A DNA stretch of 64,000 nt from Anaerolineales bacterium (GCA_040902205.1 JBBDXR010000008.1:49677-113676); one strand, 5' to 3'. Positions 29,244 to 37,926 are shown, counted from the stretch's first letter. Numbers and translations: made by a program. Notes: generated from the sequence alone by a model not told the origin.

Positions 29244-29272
29244 ATTGTACGGGATGGAATGGACAGAGTCAA
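29244..29272 (-). promoter_or_regulatory. Sigma-70-type promoter for the riboswitch-btuFCD operon
   Basis: On the minus strand, TTGACT (29272-29267), a 17-nt spacer, then TACAAT (29249-29244). Confidence 0.6.
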
Positions 29273-29296
29273 GTTTTTGAGGTTATATTTCCCTTA

Positions 29297-30220
29297 ATGA
29301 TTAAGGTGTTCAAAGATCTGATTCGTAAGGCCTTCTTCTATCCATTTGGCTATGACATCGTCCCGCTTAGGAGGCCAAAGGTTTCAGCTCCTTTGCCATC
29401 CCCGCCACCAATAGTCAAATTGGGGAGCGAAAACCTAGAAGTCTATCGCGCCTGGTTTGGCGAGGAGGCCTTGCGCGAAAGGCGTTTCTACAATGTGGGT
29501 GCGGAAGCACAATTCAGCCATCCCGCGTGGACGAGGATCAATCACCCAAGCGAGCACTATGGCAGCGAGAATATCGATATTCATATGGATTTAATGGCTA
29601 GGACTCGCTTTCCGGTTGAAGATGGAAAAGCGAAAGTAATCTTCTCGCGGTATACACTTGAGCATATTACTGATGAGATGGTGCAGCACTTTCTGGCTGA
29701 AGCTTATCGTGCCTTAGCCGAGGATGGCTTTTTGCGCTTGATCGTGCCGGATATCGATATTTATTACGCGGCTTACCGCCTGAAGGACGAGGCGTTTTAT
29801 TATCGGCCCAAACATGACCTAAACACTTTTCCGAACGAGAATTTCCTTTCCAATATCAACGAGGCGTCTTTCGAGCAGAAATTTCTATGGAATTTCGCGA
29901 GTAGCGCCAGCGAGTTGCACCCCGAGGGAGCCATTAGGGTATCGGACGTGGAATTGCGCAAGGTGCTGGCAGAGTTAAGTTTTGAAGAGGCCCTGAACTA
30001 CTGCACGGCGAAATGTTCAGTGCAGACACAGCAACGCCATCCCGAGAATCACATCAATTGGTTCAATGCCTCTAAGCTGGGGGGCATGGTAAGCAAGGCT
30101 GGCTTTACGCAGGTGTATCGATCTGGGTATGGGCAAAGCCGATGCCCGGTGCTGCGGGATACGCAATTGCTTGAAGCTCGCCAACCCGAAGTCGGCCTCT
30201 TCCTGGAGGCCCAAAAGTAA
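29297..30220 (+). CDS. Putative class I SAM-dependent methyltransferase-like protein
   Basis: Start moved to ATG 29297. FYNVGAEAQFSHPAWTRINH and SRYTLEHITDEMVQHFLAEAYRALAEDGFLRLIVPD resemble MT motif I and the post-II region. The gene is AT-richer than its flanks. Confidence 0.45.
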   Translation: MIKVFKDLIRKAFFYPFGYDIVPLRRPKVSAPLPSPPPIVKLGSENLEVYRAWFGEEALRERRFYNVGAEAQFSHPAWTRINHPSEHYGSENIDIHMDLMARTRFPVEDGKAKVIFSRYTLEHITDEMVQHFLAEAYRALAEDGFLRLIVPDIDIYYAAYRLKDEAFYYRPKHDLNTFPNENFLSNINEASFEQKFLWNFASSASELHPEGAIRVSDVELRKVLAELSFEEALNYCTAKCSVQTQQRHPENHINWFNASKLGGMVSKAGFTQVYRSGYGQSRCPVLRDTQLLEARQPEVGLFLEAQK

Positions 30221-30257
30221 CGACGTTGTATCTTTTCCGGCGCCATTTCCCCCAGTG

Positions 30258-30296
30258 TTGACATTCGGTCTCCTGTATGTCAGAATTCACATTCTG
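30258..30296 (+). promoter_or_regulatory. Candidate promoter with overlapping palindromic operator at the head of the glycan locus
   Basis: TTGACA (30258-30263), a 17-nt spacer, then TGtCAGAAT (extended -10; hexamer at 30281-30286). Perfect palindrome CAGAAT-TCAC-ATTCTG at 30281-30296. Confidence 0.55.
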
Positions 30297-30305
30297 AATG
30301 CTGAT

Positions 30306-30764
30306 ATGAAAGAGCGAGAATACAGGCTCCTGGAAGCCATTTCTGCGGATGAACAGGTGACGCAAGCCGGGCTGGCCACGCACCTGGGCATCGCCGTGGG
30401 CAGCGTGAACTGGTACATCAAGCGGCTCATCGGGCGCGGCTACTTGAAGGCCACGCGCATGGACCGCACCCGGCTGCGCTACAACCTTACACCGGCGGGG
30501 ATGTCGGCCTTTACGCGCAATGCGCTCCAATATGTAAAAGGATCGTTGGAGGTCTATCGCTCCTTGCGGTCCAAGGCGCAGGCCATGACCGAGCAATTAC
30601 GCCACAGGGGGATCCAGGAAGTGTATTTGCAAGGCAGCGATGACGTGATGGATATCCTGCGTCTCACCTGCATCGAGGCCGGGATCCGCTTGGAAGACAA
30701 ACCGGGAAAGTGGTCAGTTAAAGCCAATGGCCGCGGCTACGAATTGAAGGAAAATACCCGGTAG
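30306..30764 (+). CDS. MarR-like winged-helix regulator (EPS-locus-associated type)
   Basis: 152 aa from ATG 30306. REYRLLEAISADEQVTQAGLATHLGIAVGSVNWYIKRLIGRGYLK is a wHTH like the MarR-family EPS-associated regulators that head polysaccharide loci. Confidence 0.65.
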   Translation: MKEREYRLLEAISADEQVTQAGLATHLGIAVGSVNWYIKRLIGRGYLKATRMDRTRLRYNLTPAGMSAFTRNALQYVKGSLEVYRSLRSKAQAMTEQLRHRGIQEVYLQGSDDVMDILRLTCIEAGIRLEDKPGKWSVKANGRGYELKENTR

Positions 30765-30768
30765 GCCC

Positions 30769-31443
30769 ATGGAAGAACAAAAACGCTGGGACCTTTACAA
30801 CCAGTTCTCCTTGTGGGGAGACCTGGATCGATTCACCAAGCTGCTGGCCCGCTATGAACTCTACAAGCTGATCGCAGGCAAACCGGGCGATATTGTTGAA
30901 GGGGGCGTGCTGAAGGGAGCCGGGCTGTTGTACTGGGCCAAGCTGATCGAGATCTTCGATCCCCAATCGCAGCGCAAGGCAATCGGCTTTGATACATTCG
31001 AAGGCTACCCAGAAGATGGGGCTAAGGAACATGATCGCAAGACAGCCAAAGACTTCAAACAGATACAAATCCAAAAGAGCGACGACGTCACCGCGGAAAC
31101 CATTGCCGAGGCCGCCAAGCAACAGGGCCTAGGGAAGCGGATCGAATTAGTTAAGGGCAAAGCTGAAGACAGCATGGCCAAGTATGTGAAGGAACACCCC
31201 GGGTTCAGGGTGGCGTTGCTGGACCTGGACTTTGTTTTGTACGAGCCGACGATGGCCAGCTTGCAGCACCTGTACGATCGCGTGATCCCGGGTGGAGTTG
31301 TGGTGCTGGACGAGTATGGGCTGCCAGGCTTTGGGGAAACGGAAGCAGTGGATGAGTTCTTTGGTGGACGAAAACCAATGATGCTTGCTTTTCCCTGGGC
31401 GAAGAGCCCCACGGCCTATTTTGTGAAAGAGTCCCAGGCGTGA
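30769..31443 (+). CDS. TylF/MycF-family SAM-dependent O-methyltransferase
   Basis: GDIVEGGVLKGAGLLYWAKL and DLDFVLYEPTMASLQHLYDRVIPGGVVVLDEY are the macrocin-O-methyltransferase-family motifs. Confidence 0.8.
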   Translation: MEEQKRWDLYNQFSLWGDLDRFTKLLARYELYKLIAGKPGDIVEGGVLKGAGLLYWAKLIEIFDPQSQRKAIGFDTFEGYPEDGAKEHDRKTAKDFKQIQIQKSDDVTAETIAEAAKQQGLGKRIELVKGKAEDSMAKYVKEHPGFRVALLDLDFVLYEPTMASLQHLYDRVIPGGVVVLDEYGLPGFGETEAVDEFFGGRKPMMLAFPWAKSPTAYFVKESQA

Positions 31444-32489
31444 CGCACACTGAGATCGCCATCGGTAAGCGCAAGGTCGGACCTGGCCATCCGGCCTTGA
31501 TCATCGGCGAGGTGGCGCAGGCGCATGATGGCAGCCTGGGGACGGCGCACGCCTTCATCGATGCGATCGCTGCGGCGGGAGCCGACGCGGTCAAGTTTCA
31601 AACGCATATCGCCGAAGCCGAGAGTACGCCGCAAGAAAAGTTCCGGGTCGCTTTCAGCAAGCAGGATGTAACGCGCTTTGATTATTGGAAGCGGATGGAG
31701 TTCAGCGAGGAACAGTGGCGCGGACTGGCGCAGCACGCCAGGGAGAGCAAGCTGCTGTTTTTGAGCTCGCCGTTTTCGGTCGAGGCAGCCGAACTGCTGG
31801 AGGGCGTGGGGGTGCCGGCCTGGAAGGTGGCCTCGGGTGAAGTGTCGAATACGCCGATGCTGGAAAAAATCGTGGCCACGCGGAAGCCCGTGCTGCTTTC
31901 AGCAGGGATGAGCCCGTGGGAGGAATTAGACAGAGTGGTGGCCCTCATTAAAGGAAAGTCGCCGTTGGCGATCTTTCAATGCACAACGGCCTACCCTTGC
32001 CCGCCGGGGGAAATCGGCTTGAATGTCATGGAGGAAATGCGGGCGCGTTATGCCGTTCCTGTCGGACTTTCGGACCATTCGGGCAAGATTTATGCGGGGC
32101 TGGCGGCGGCCAGTTTGGGGGCTAACCTAATCGAAGTGCACGTGACCTTGAGCAGGGAGATGTTCGGCCCGGATGTGCCTGCCTCGCTAATGCCGACCGA
32201 ACTGGGGCAACTGGTGGAAGGCGTGCGCTTCATTGAAGCTGCGCTGGCCGCCCCTGTGAATAAAGACAAAGCCGCCGGGCGAAGCGCCGAATCGCGCCGG
32301 CTATTCTTCCATAGCATCGTGGCGAAGCAGGACCTGCCGGCCGGGACCGTGCTGGCCAGAGAGCATCTGACGACCAAAAAGCCGGGGACCGGCATGGCCC
32401 CCGAGCGTATGGCGGAATTGGTCGGCCGCACATTGGCGCGGGATGTGAAGCGCGATCAACTACTGGCCGAAAAGGACCTTGCCCGATGA
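31440..32489 (+). CDS. neuB: Nonulosonic (N-acetylneuraminic-type) acid synthase with C-terminal SAF domain
   Basis: LIIGEVAQAHDGSLGTAHAFIDAIAAAGADAVKFQTH, KVASGEVSN, VGLSDHSG and IEVHVTLS match the NeuB family. GTGA overlap with the upstream MT. Confidence 0.9.
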   Translation: MTHTEIAIGKRKVGPGHPALIIGEVAQAHDGSLGTAHAFIDAIAAAGADAVKFQTHIAEAESTPQEKFRVAFSKQDVTRFDYWKRMEFSEEQWRGLAQHARESKLLFLSSPFSVEAAELLEGVGVPAWKVASGEVSNTPMLEKIVATRKPVLLSAGMSPWEELDRVVALIKGKSPLAIFQCTTAYPCPPGEIGLNVMEEMRARYAVPVGLSDHSGKIYAGLAAASLGANLIEVHVTLSREMFGPDVPASLMPTELGQLVEGVRFIEAALAAPVNKDKAAGRSAESRRLFFHSIVAKQDLPAGTVLAREHLTTKKPGTGMAPERMAELVGRTLARDVKRDQLLAEKDLAR

Positions 32490-33640
32490 CGCGTAAGGTT
32501 GGATTGGTGGTTACGGCGCGGCCCAGCTATGCACGCATCAAGACCGCGCTGCGCGCCATTAAGCAACATGGCGATCTCGAGCTGCAGCTGATCGTAGCAG
32601 CTTCGGCCTTGCTCGACCGCTACGGAAGCATCGTGGAATACATCGAGCGAGACGGGTTTGAGATCGCGGCGCGGGTCTTCATCGTGCTGGAAGGCGAGAG
32701 CCTGATCACCTCGGCCAAGTCTACAGGCTTGGGGATCATGGAACTGGCCACTATTTTTGACAATCTGCGGCCCGATGTGGTGGTCACGGTGGCGGATCGC
32801 TACGAAACCCTGGCTACCGCGGTAGCGGCCTCTTATATGAATATTCCCCTGGCCCATGTGCAGGGCGGGGAGGTCACCGGCTCTATCGATGAGAAGGTGC
32901 GCCACGCGGTAAGCAAACTGGCCGATCTGCATTTCGCCTCCACCCAGGGAGCGGCCGAGCGGTTGATCCGCATGGGGGAGGATGCCAAGAGCGTGTTTGT
33001 CACCGGTTGCCCCTCGATCGATCTGGCCGCGGATGTGTTGCGGCAACCGGAACTGGGCTTCGATCCCTTCCGGAAATACGGCGGGGTGGGCTCGGTCAAC
33101 GATCTCTCGGATGGGTACGTGGTCGTGATGCAGCACCCGGTCACCACGCAGATCGCCGAATCGCGCGCCCAGATCACCCAGACACTCGAAGCCGTGGAAG
33201 CGTTGGATCTGCCGGCGCTCTGGTTCTGGCCCAACGTGGATGCCGGCTCCGATGGCATCTCACGCGGCATTCGTATCTTCCGCGAACAGGGGCGGGGCAA
33301 GAAGTTCCATTATTTCAAGAACATGGAGCCTGAAGATTTCCTGCGTTTGATCTACAACAGCAAGGCCATTGTGGGCAATTCGAGCGTAGGGATCCGCGAA
33401 TGTTCCTTCCTTGGAGTGCCGGCAGTGAACATCGGCGAGAGACAGGCCGGGCGGGAACGCGGGCGAAACGTGATGGACGTCCCGTACGAGGCGGCGAGGA
33501 TCAGGCAGGCGCTGGATCGCCACGTGGCCAATGGCCGCTATCCCTCCGAATCGATCTACGGCGACGGCCAGGCCGGAAAATGGATCGCCGACCTATTGGC
33601 GACGACCAAACTGGGCATCACCAAGCAGATCACTTATTAG
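32486..33640 (+). CDS. neuC: UDP-N-acetylglucosamine 2-epimerase, hydrolysing type
   Basis: VVTARPSYARIK, VADRYETLA, AHVQGGEVTGSIDEKVRHAVSKLADLHF and VTGCPSIDL match the NeuC-family pattern. ATGA overlap with neuB. Confidence 0.88.
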   Translation: MTRKVGLVVTARPSYARIKTALRAIKQHGDLELQLIVAASALLDRYGSIVEYIERDGFEIAARVFIVLEGESLITSAKSTGLGIMELATIFDNLRPDVVVTVADRYETLATAVAASYMNIPLAHVQGGEVTGSIDEKVRHAVSKLADLHFASTQGAAERLIRMGEDAKSVFVTGCPSIDLAADVLRQPELGFDPFRKYGGVGSVNDLSDGYVVVMQHPVTTQIAESRAQITQTLEAVEALDLPALWFWPNVDAGSDGISRGIRIFREQGRGKKFHYFKNMEPEDFLRLIYNSKAIVGNSSVGIRECSFLGVPAVNIGERQAGRERGRNVMDVPYEAARIRQALDRHVANGRYPSESIYGDGQAGKWIADLLATTKLGITKQITY

Positions 33641-33642
33641 CC

Positions 33643-34581
33643 ATGGTAAGCCACCAAGCCCAAACGGATCGCACGCAGCGCATCGCCGCGCTGGCGTACC
33701 GCTATGCCGACCAACCCAAGGAATGGACCGAGCGCTGCAACTTGTGCGGGGGTAATTATTTTGTGCAATTGTGCGACCATGACCGATACGGGTTCGAGGC
33801 CAGCGCATTAGCATGCGCCCGTTGTGGACTCGTGTTCCTGAACCCGCGCTTGACTCGCGCGGGCTATGGCGATTTCTACGCGACCATCTATCGCCCTCTG
33901 GTGAGCGCGTATCACGGCCGGCTCATTGACGCTAAGAGCATTCAAAGAGAGCAGGGCGACTACGCAAATGAACGCGCCGTGTTCGCCGCCCCGTTTTTCG
34001 ATCAACGACCCGGTAGGCGGTTCTTGGATATCGGTGGCTCCACGGGAGTCGTGGCGCAACATTTCGCCGAGCGCTTCAACTATTCGGGCGTGGTGCTGGA
34101 CCCCTCCGCCGAGGAGCTCGGTGAGGCAAAGAAACGCGGCCTGGCCACCGTCCAGGGGCTGTTCGAAGAAGCCGATTTTGGCGGCGAAAAATTCGAGCTG
34201 GTGTTGTTGTGCCAGACCGTCGACCATCTGCTGGACATTGCCCTAACCCTGGCGAAAGTGCGGGAGTGCTTGACGAAGGACGGGATCTTCTTCATCGATA
34301 TCGTCGATTTCCGGGCGGCTTACTTGCGCAATTGGAGCGTCAGTGAAGCGATAAAGATCGACCATCCTTACTATTTGACCCAGGAGACGATAGAAGGTTA
34401 CCTGGGGCAGAAGGGATTCAGAATTTTACGCAAAGGATATGCGGCTGACCGACTGCATATCAGCTACATTTGCACAGCGGGCAAAGCGGACGCAGGCCAG
34501 CTGCCCGGGACTGAAAGTGTTGAAGGGCTGCTGCGCGAGATCCGCACAGTGCAAAATGCGCCGCGGGGCATGGCGCCATGA
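33643..34581 (+). CDS. Class I SAM-dependent methyltransferase with N-terminal Cys4 zinc-ribbon
   Basis: Start taken at ATG 33643, 2 nt after the neuC stop. CNLCGG...CARCGLVFLNP ribbon, motif I FLDIGGSTG, then ELVLLCQTVDHLLD. Confidence 0.8.
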   Translation: MVSHQAQTDRTQRIAALAYRYADQPKEWTERCNLCGGNYFVQLCDHDRYGFEASALACARCGLVFLNPRLTRAGYGDFYATIYRPLVSAYHGRLIDAKSIQREQGDYANERAVFAAPFFDQRPGRRFLDIGGSTGVVAQHFAERFNYSGVVLDPSAEELGEAKKRGLATVQGLFEEADFGGEKFELVLLCQTVDHLLDIALTLAKVRECLTKDGIFFIDIVDFRAAYLRNWSVSEAIKIDHPYYLTQETIEGYLGQKGFRILRKGYAADRLHISYICTAGKADAGQLPGTESVEGLLREIRTVQNAPRGMAP

Positions 34582-35294
34582 AGGTGCTTGGGATGGTTCC
34601 GGCGCGGGGCGGCTCAAAGGGTATTCCTAATAAGAATCTGCGCGAGCTGGCCGGAAAACCGTTGCTGGCCTATACGCTGGAAGCCGCCCGGAGTTCGGGC
34701 GTCATCGACCGGTTGGTGTTGAGCACCGAGTCGCCGGCCATTGCTGACCTGGGGCGCAGCCTGGGCATGGAGGTGCCGTTCATGCGGCCAGAGGAACTGG
34801 CCGGGGATGAGAGCCCGATGCTGGGCGTGGTGCAACACGCAGTCGTCGAACTGGAACGGCTGGGCTGGCGGCCCGATATCATTGTGCTCCTGCAGCCCAC
34901 ATCGCCATTGCGGCGCGGGGAGCGCATACGCGAGGCTGTGGAGTTATTAAAGGGCAACGATTGCGATTCGGTGGCCAGCGTTGTGGAGATCCCGGATCTG
35001 TATTCTCCGCAAAAGGCAATGAGACTCGAAGGCGGCTTCCTGAAATTTTGGACGGATAACGGGAAGGCGGTCACGCGCCGGCAGCAAGTGCAGCCAGCTT
35101 ACGCCCGCGAGGGAACCGTGTATGCCTGCAGACGGGACGTGCTGATGGAAAAAGGCAGCCTGTATGGCGATAGGTGCCTGCCTCTCGTGGTTTCCCGCGA
35201 GGAGGCGATGAGCCTGGATACGGTGGATGACTGGCGGCGAGCGGAAGAGGCAATTGAAGGCGACGGTGATCTAAAAGGGTCTCGGTGGCGGTAA
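34578..35294 (+). CDS. neuA: Acylneuraminate cytidylyltransferase (CMP-nonulosonic acid synthetase)
   Basis: VPARGGSKGIPNKNL, LLAYTLEAA and LLQPTSPLR are CMP-NeuAc synthetase motifs. ATGA overlap with the upstream MT. Confidence 0.9.
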   Translation: MKVLGMVPARGGSKGIPNKNLRELAGKPLLAYTLEAARSSGVIDRLVLSTESPAIADLGRSLGMEVPFMRPEELAGDESPMLGVVQHAVVELERLGWRPDIIVLLQPTSPLRRGERIREAVELLKGNDCDSVASVVEIPDLYSPQKAMRLEGGFLKFWTDNGKAVTRRQQVQPAYAREGTVYACRRDVLMEKGSLYGDRCLPLVVSREEAMSLDTVDDWRRAEEAIEGDGDLKGSRWR

Positions 35295-35296
35295 GA

Positions 35297-37225
35297 ATGA
35301 AACTAGAAGAAAAGGCTGCTACCTCCTCTGAACAAAGAAGATTTCTCCAGATGGTCATTAAATATTTACGACCATACACGGGGTCCGTATTGTTGCTGCT
35401 GCTGGTATATGCCAGCTTTACCGTGCTAACGGCTATACAGCCGGTGATCCTAGCCCCAATTCTTGACATCGCCATTAACAAAGGTTTGCCCCAAGGAACA
35501 AGTCAAGGCGTAAGCCTTGGCGACGTGGATTTGAATAACATCGGCCAGTATATTTTAGGTGTACTTGGGCTGAATGAGGAATCCCCGCTTCAAGTTGTCC
35601 TGATCCTGGCCATCGCTTACCTGGGAGTGTCCATTGGGACCGCGGGACTTAATTTTCTCAATTATCTTCTGTCAATTCGGATCAGAGCGACGGCAGGCCG
35701 CGATATCCAACTCGATTTATTCAGCCATCTGTTTTCCCTGTCGCTGGATTTCTTTAACAACGAGCGCACCGGGGAGATTATTGCCCGTCTCGATCAAGAC
35801 ACACGGAATGCAATGGCTAGCCTGGAAGTCTCATTGCGTAACATGCTGATCTCCCCTTTGTTGATCCTTTATTACGGATATCTTATGCTGATCACAAATA
35901 TCACATTAACGATATTTGTTGTGGCCGCGGCCCTAATGCATTACTTGTTGACCCGGGCTTTGCGCAGACCTATCCGCCGACGGACTCAAGAGCAGGTCAA
36001 CATCGGGGCCGAGGTCACGGCATATCTGCAGGAAAAATTGGCCAGTGCCCGAGTGGTAAAGACATTTGTCGCGGAAACTATTGAGACAAATAACCTCCGC
36101 AATTTGATAAACCAATTTAGGCAAGCCAACATTAAGTTCGGATTCTTTAAGCATCTGGATGACCCTGTTACCGCCTCGATAAATGCGGTTATCAACGTCG
36201 GTATATTGCTGTTTTCGATAAACGAACTATTCAGCGGAAGGTTAACAGTAACCGGCTTTCTCCTTTATCTTTTTATCGGGCGATCAATCTTAACTCCGCT
36301 AACTACGCTGACTCAATCATACAATTCTATCCAGTCTACCTTGGCGATAGGTGTGCGGGTGCGCCAATTGTTTGATATCGAACCATCAGTACGCTCCGGG
36401 ACCGAATCCATCCGTGAGTTCAACGACTCCATTCGCTTCGATAATGTATTTTTTAGCTATAAGGATTTCCCCGTTCTCCATGAGATTAGTTTCGAAATCG
36501 AAAAAGGGAAGACGACGGCGCTGGTGGGGCCCAGTGGCGGAGGAAAGTCTACAATCACCGATTTGTTATTGCGTTTTTACGACCCGCATTTAGGAAAGGT
36601 CCTAGTAGATGGTGTAGATTTGCGGGCACTTAACCTCTCGCAGTACCGCAGGCTTTATGGAGTAGTGGCGCAAGAGAGCATCTTGTTTAACGCATCCATT
36701 TCGGCAAACATAGCTTACGGATATCCCGACTTAACTAAAGAAGAAATTCAAGAAGCCGCGCGTATTGCCTATGCGCACGAATTTATTGGAGATCTGCCGG
36801 AAGGATACGATACGTTGGTTGGGGACCGCGGTGTTCGCCTTTCGGGCGGACAACGCCAACGAATTGCTATAGCCAGGGCGATTGCTCATCGTCCAAAAAT
36901 ACTCATTTTGGATGAAGCGACAAGCTCCCTGGATACTGAGGCGGAACAAAAGGTTCAATTGGCGGTTGACCGCGCTATACAGTCTACAACTGCCATCGTG
37001 ATCGCTCATCGGCTGTCAACAGTCGTACGGGCCGATCAGATTATTGTGATTGATGAAGGTCGAGTGGTGGATAAGGGTACACATCAAGAGCTTATGAGTC
37101 GTAGCAAACTGTATAAAACCCTGGCCTCTCTCCAATTCAATTCCCAAGTAGATGTCTCCGGACCGCGTGAGCGCACGCAAGGTGTAGCGCTCGGCGAAGC
37201 AGATCATTCTGAAGCGAAAGACTAA
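35297..37225 (+). CDS. Fused TMD-NBD ABC exporter (MsbA/PglK-like)
   Basis: Start taken at ATG 35297. Six N-terminal TM helices, Walker A GPSGGGKST, signature LSGGQRQRIAIARAI, Walker B ILILDEATSSLD, H-loop IAHRLST. The gene is AT-richer than its neighbours. Confidence 0.88.
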   Translation: MKLEEKAATSSEQRRFLQMVIKYLRPYTGSVLLLLLVYASFTVLTAIQPVILAPILDIAINKGLPQGTSQGVSLGDVDLNNIGQYILGVLGLNEESPLQVVLILAIAYLGVSIGTAGLNFLNYLLSIRIRATAGRDIQLDLFSHLFSLSLDFFNNERTGEIIARLDQDTRNAMASLEVSLRNMLISPLLILYYGYLMLITNITLTIFVVAAALMHYLLTRALRRPIRRRTQEQVNIGAEVTAYLQEKLASARVVKTFVAETIETNNLRNLINQFRQANIKFGFFKHLDDPVTASINAVINVGILLFSINELFSGRLTVTGFLLYLFIGRSILTPLTTLTQSYNSIQSTLAIGVRVRQLFDIEPSVRSGTESIREFNDSIRFDNVFFSYKDFPVLHEISFEIEKGKTTALVGPSGGGKSTITDLLLRFYDPHLGKVLVDGVDLRALNLSQYRRLYGVVAQESILFNASISANIAYGYPDLTKEEIQEAARIAYAHEFIGDLPEGYDTLVGDRGVRLSGGQRQRIAIARAIAHRPKILILDEATSSLDTEAEQKVQLAVDRAIQSTTAIVIAHRLSTVVRADQIIVIDEGRVVDKGTHQELMSRSKLYKTLASLQFNSQVDVSGPRERTQGVALGEADHSEAKD

Positions 37226-37233
37226 AATAATCC

Positions 37234-37926
37234 ATGAGTTTGTACAAATATGAGAGTCGAGAAGAATATCTTAGGGCACAGATCAGTCGGAGTCGTAAAA
37301 AGAGCGCTTACTGCAAAGTCTTTTTTCGCGACGTAATTCGTTATCGCCAACTGCTCAAAATGGGGCAGAAACATGCGGAAACGTTCGATCCTATTCTGTG
37401 CCTGGGTGTGCGCACGGGAGCCGAAGTGAATCTGTTTCGCTCCACCTTTTTTGGACCACTAATGAAGTTTGCAGCTATCAGGGCTATTGCGATTCGCCGA
37501 GACACAACCAATCTGGGCAGCAGCAAAATTCACCTGGCTCGTTACTTCGGCGTAGGAAGTGGAGGTGTACAAGATGGAAGAGTAATTGGTGTTGAGTTGG
37601 CTCCTGAGACGCCGCGGCCAGATATCTGGATAGGCAGCTTCGACGACTTACCAGCCGAATGGGTAGGCCGCTTCCGGCTGCTCTATTCAAATTCCTTTGA
37701 TCATTCGCAGGATCCCATGCGGACGGTAGCGGAATGGAAACGAGTGGCAGCCCCAGGGGCTTATGTTATTTTGGCGTATGCTGCTAATTATTCCCCTACC
37801 CCGAGTGATCCGTTCGGGGGCATGGAGCTTGCGGAGATCATGGATCTTTGGAAGTCTCCGGTGATTTTTTGCAGCGAAACTTGGAATGAAGTGGGCTACA
37901 AGGAAATATGCTTCCAGCTGCAATGA
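37234..37926 (+). CDS. Putative SAM-dependent methyltransferase-like protein with an insertion after motif I
   Basis: ILCLGVRTGAEV (motif I-like), VIGVELAP, LLYSNSFDHSQDP and AAPGAYVILAY. The family call is by eye only. Confidence 0.4.
   Translation: MSLYKYESREEYLRAQISRSRKKSAYCKVFFRDVIRYRQLLKMGQKHAETFDPILCLGVRTGAEVNLFRSTFFGPLMKFAAIRAIAIRRDTTNLGSSKIHLARYFGVGSGGVQDGRVIGVELAPETPRPDIWIGSFDDLPAEWVGRFRLLYSNSFDHSQDPMRTVAEWKRVAAPGAYVILAYAANYSPTPSDPFGGMELAEIMDLWKSPVIFCSETWNEVGYKEICFQLQ

Noticed and set aside
30129-30305. Upstream extensions of the MarR-like ORF (30129-30305) and of the MT-like ORF (29225-29296).
   Set aside because: The extensions cover promoter-like, AT-rich non-coding sequence or the end of the preceding gene, and they have no family similarity. 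Internal ATGs at 30306 and 29297 give proteins of the expected domain length.
33400-33642. An 81-codon N-terminal extension of the methyltransferase ORF that overlaps the 3' end of neuC.
   Set aside because: The extension is Arg/Gly/Pro-rich junk read out of frame from neuC. An ATG at 33643 sits 2 nt after the neuC stop and begins the conserved zinc-ribbon region.
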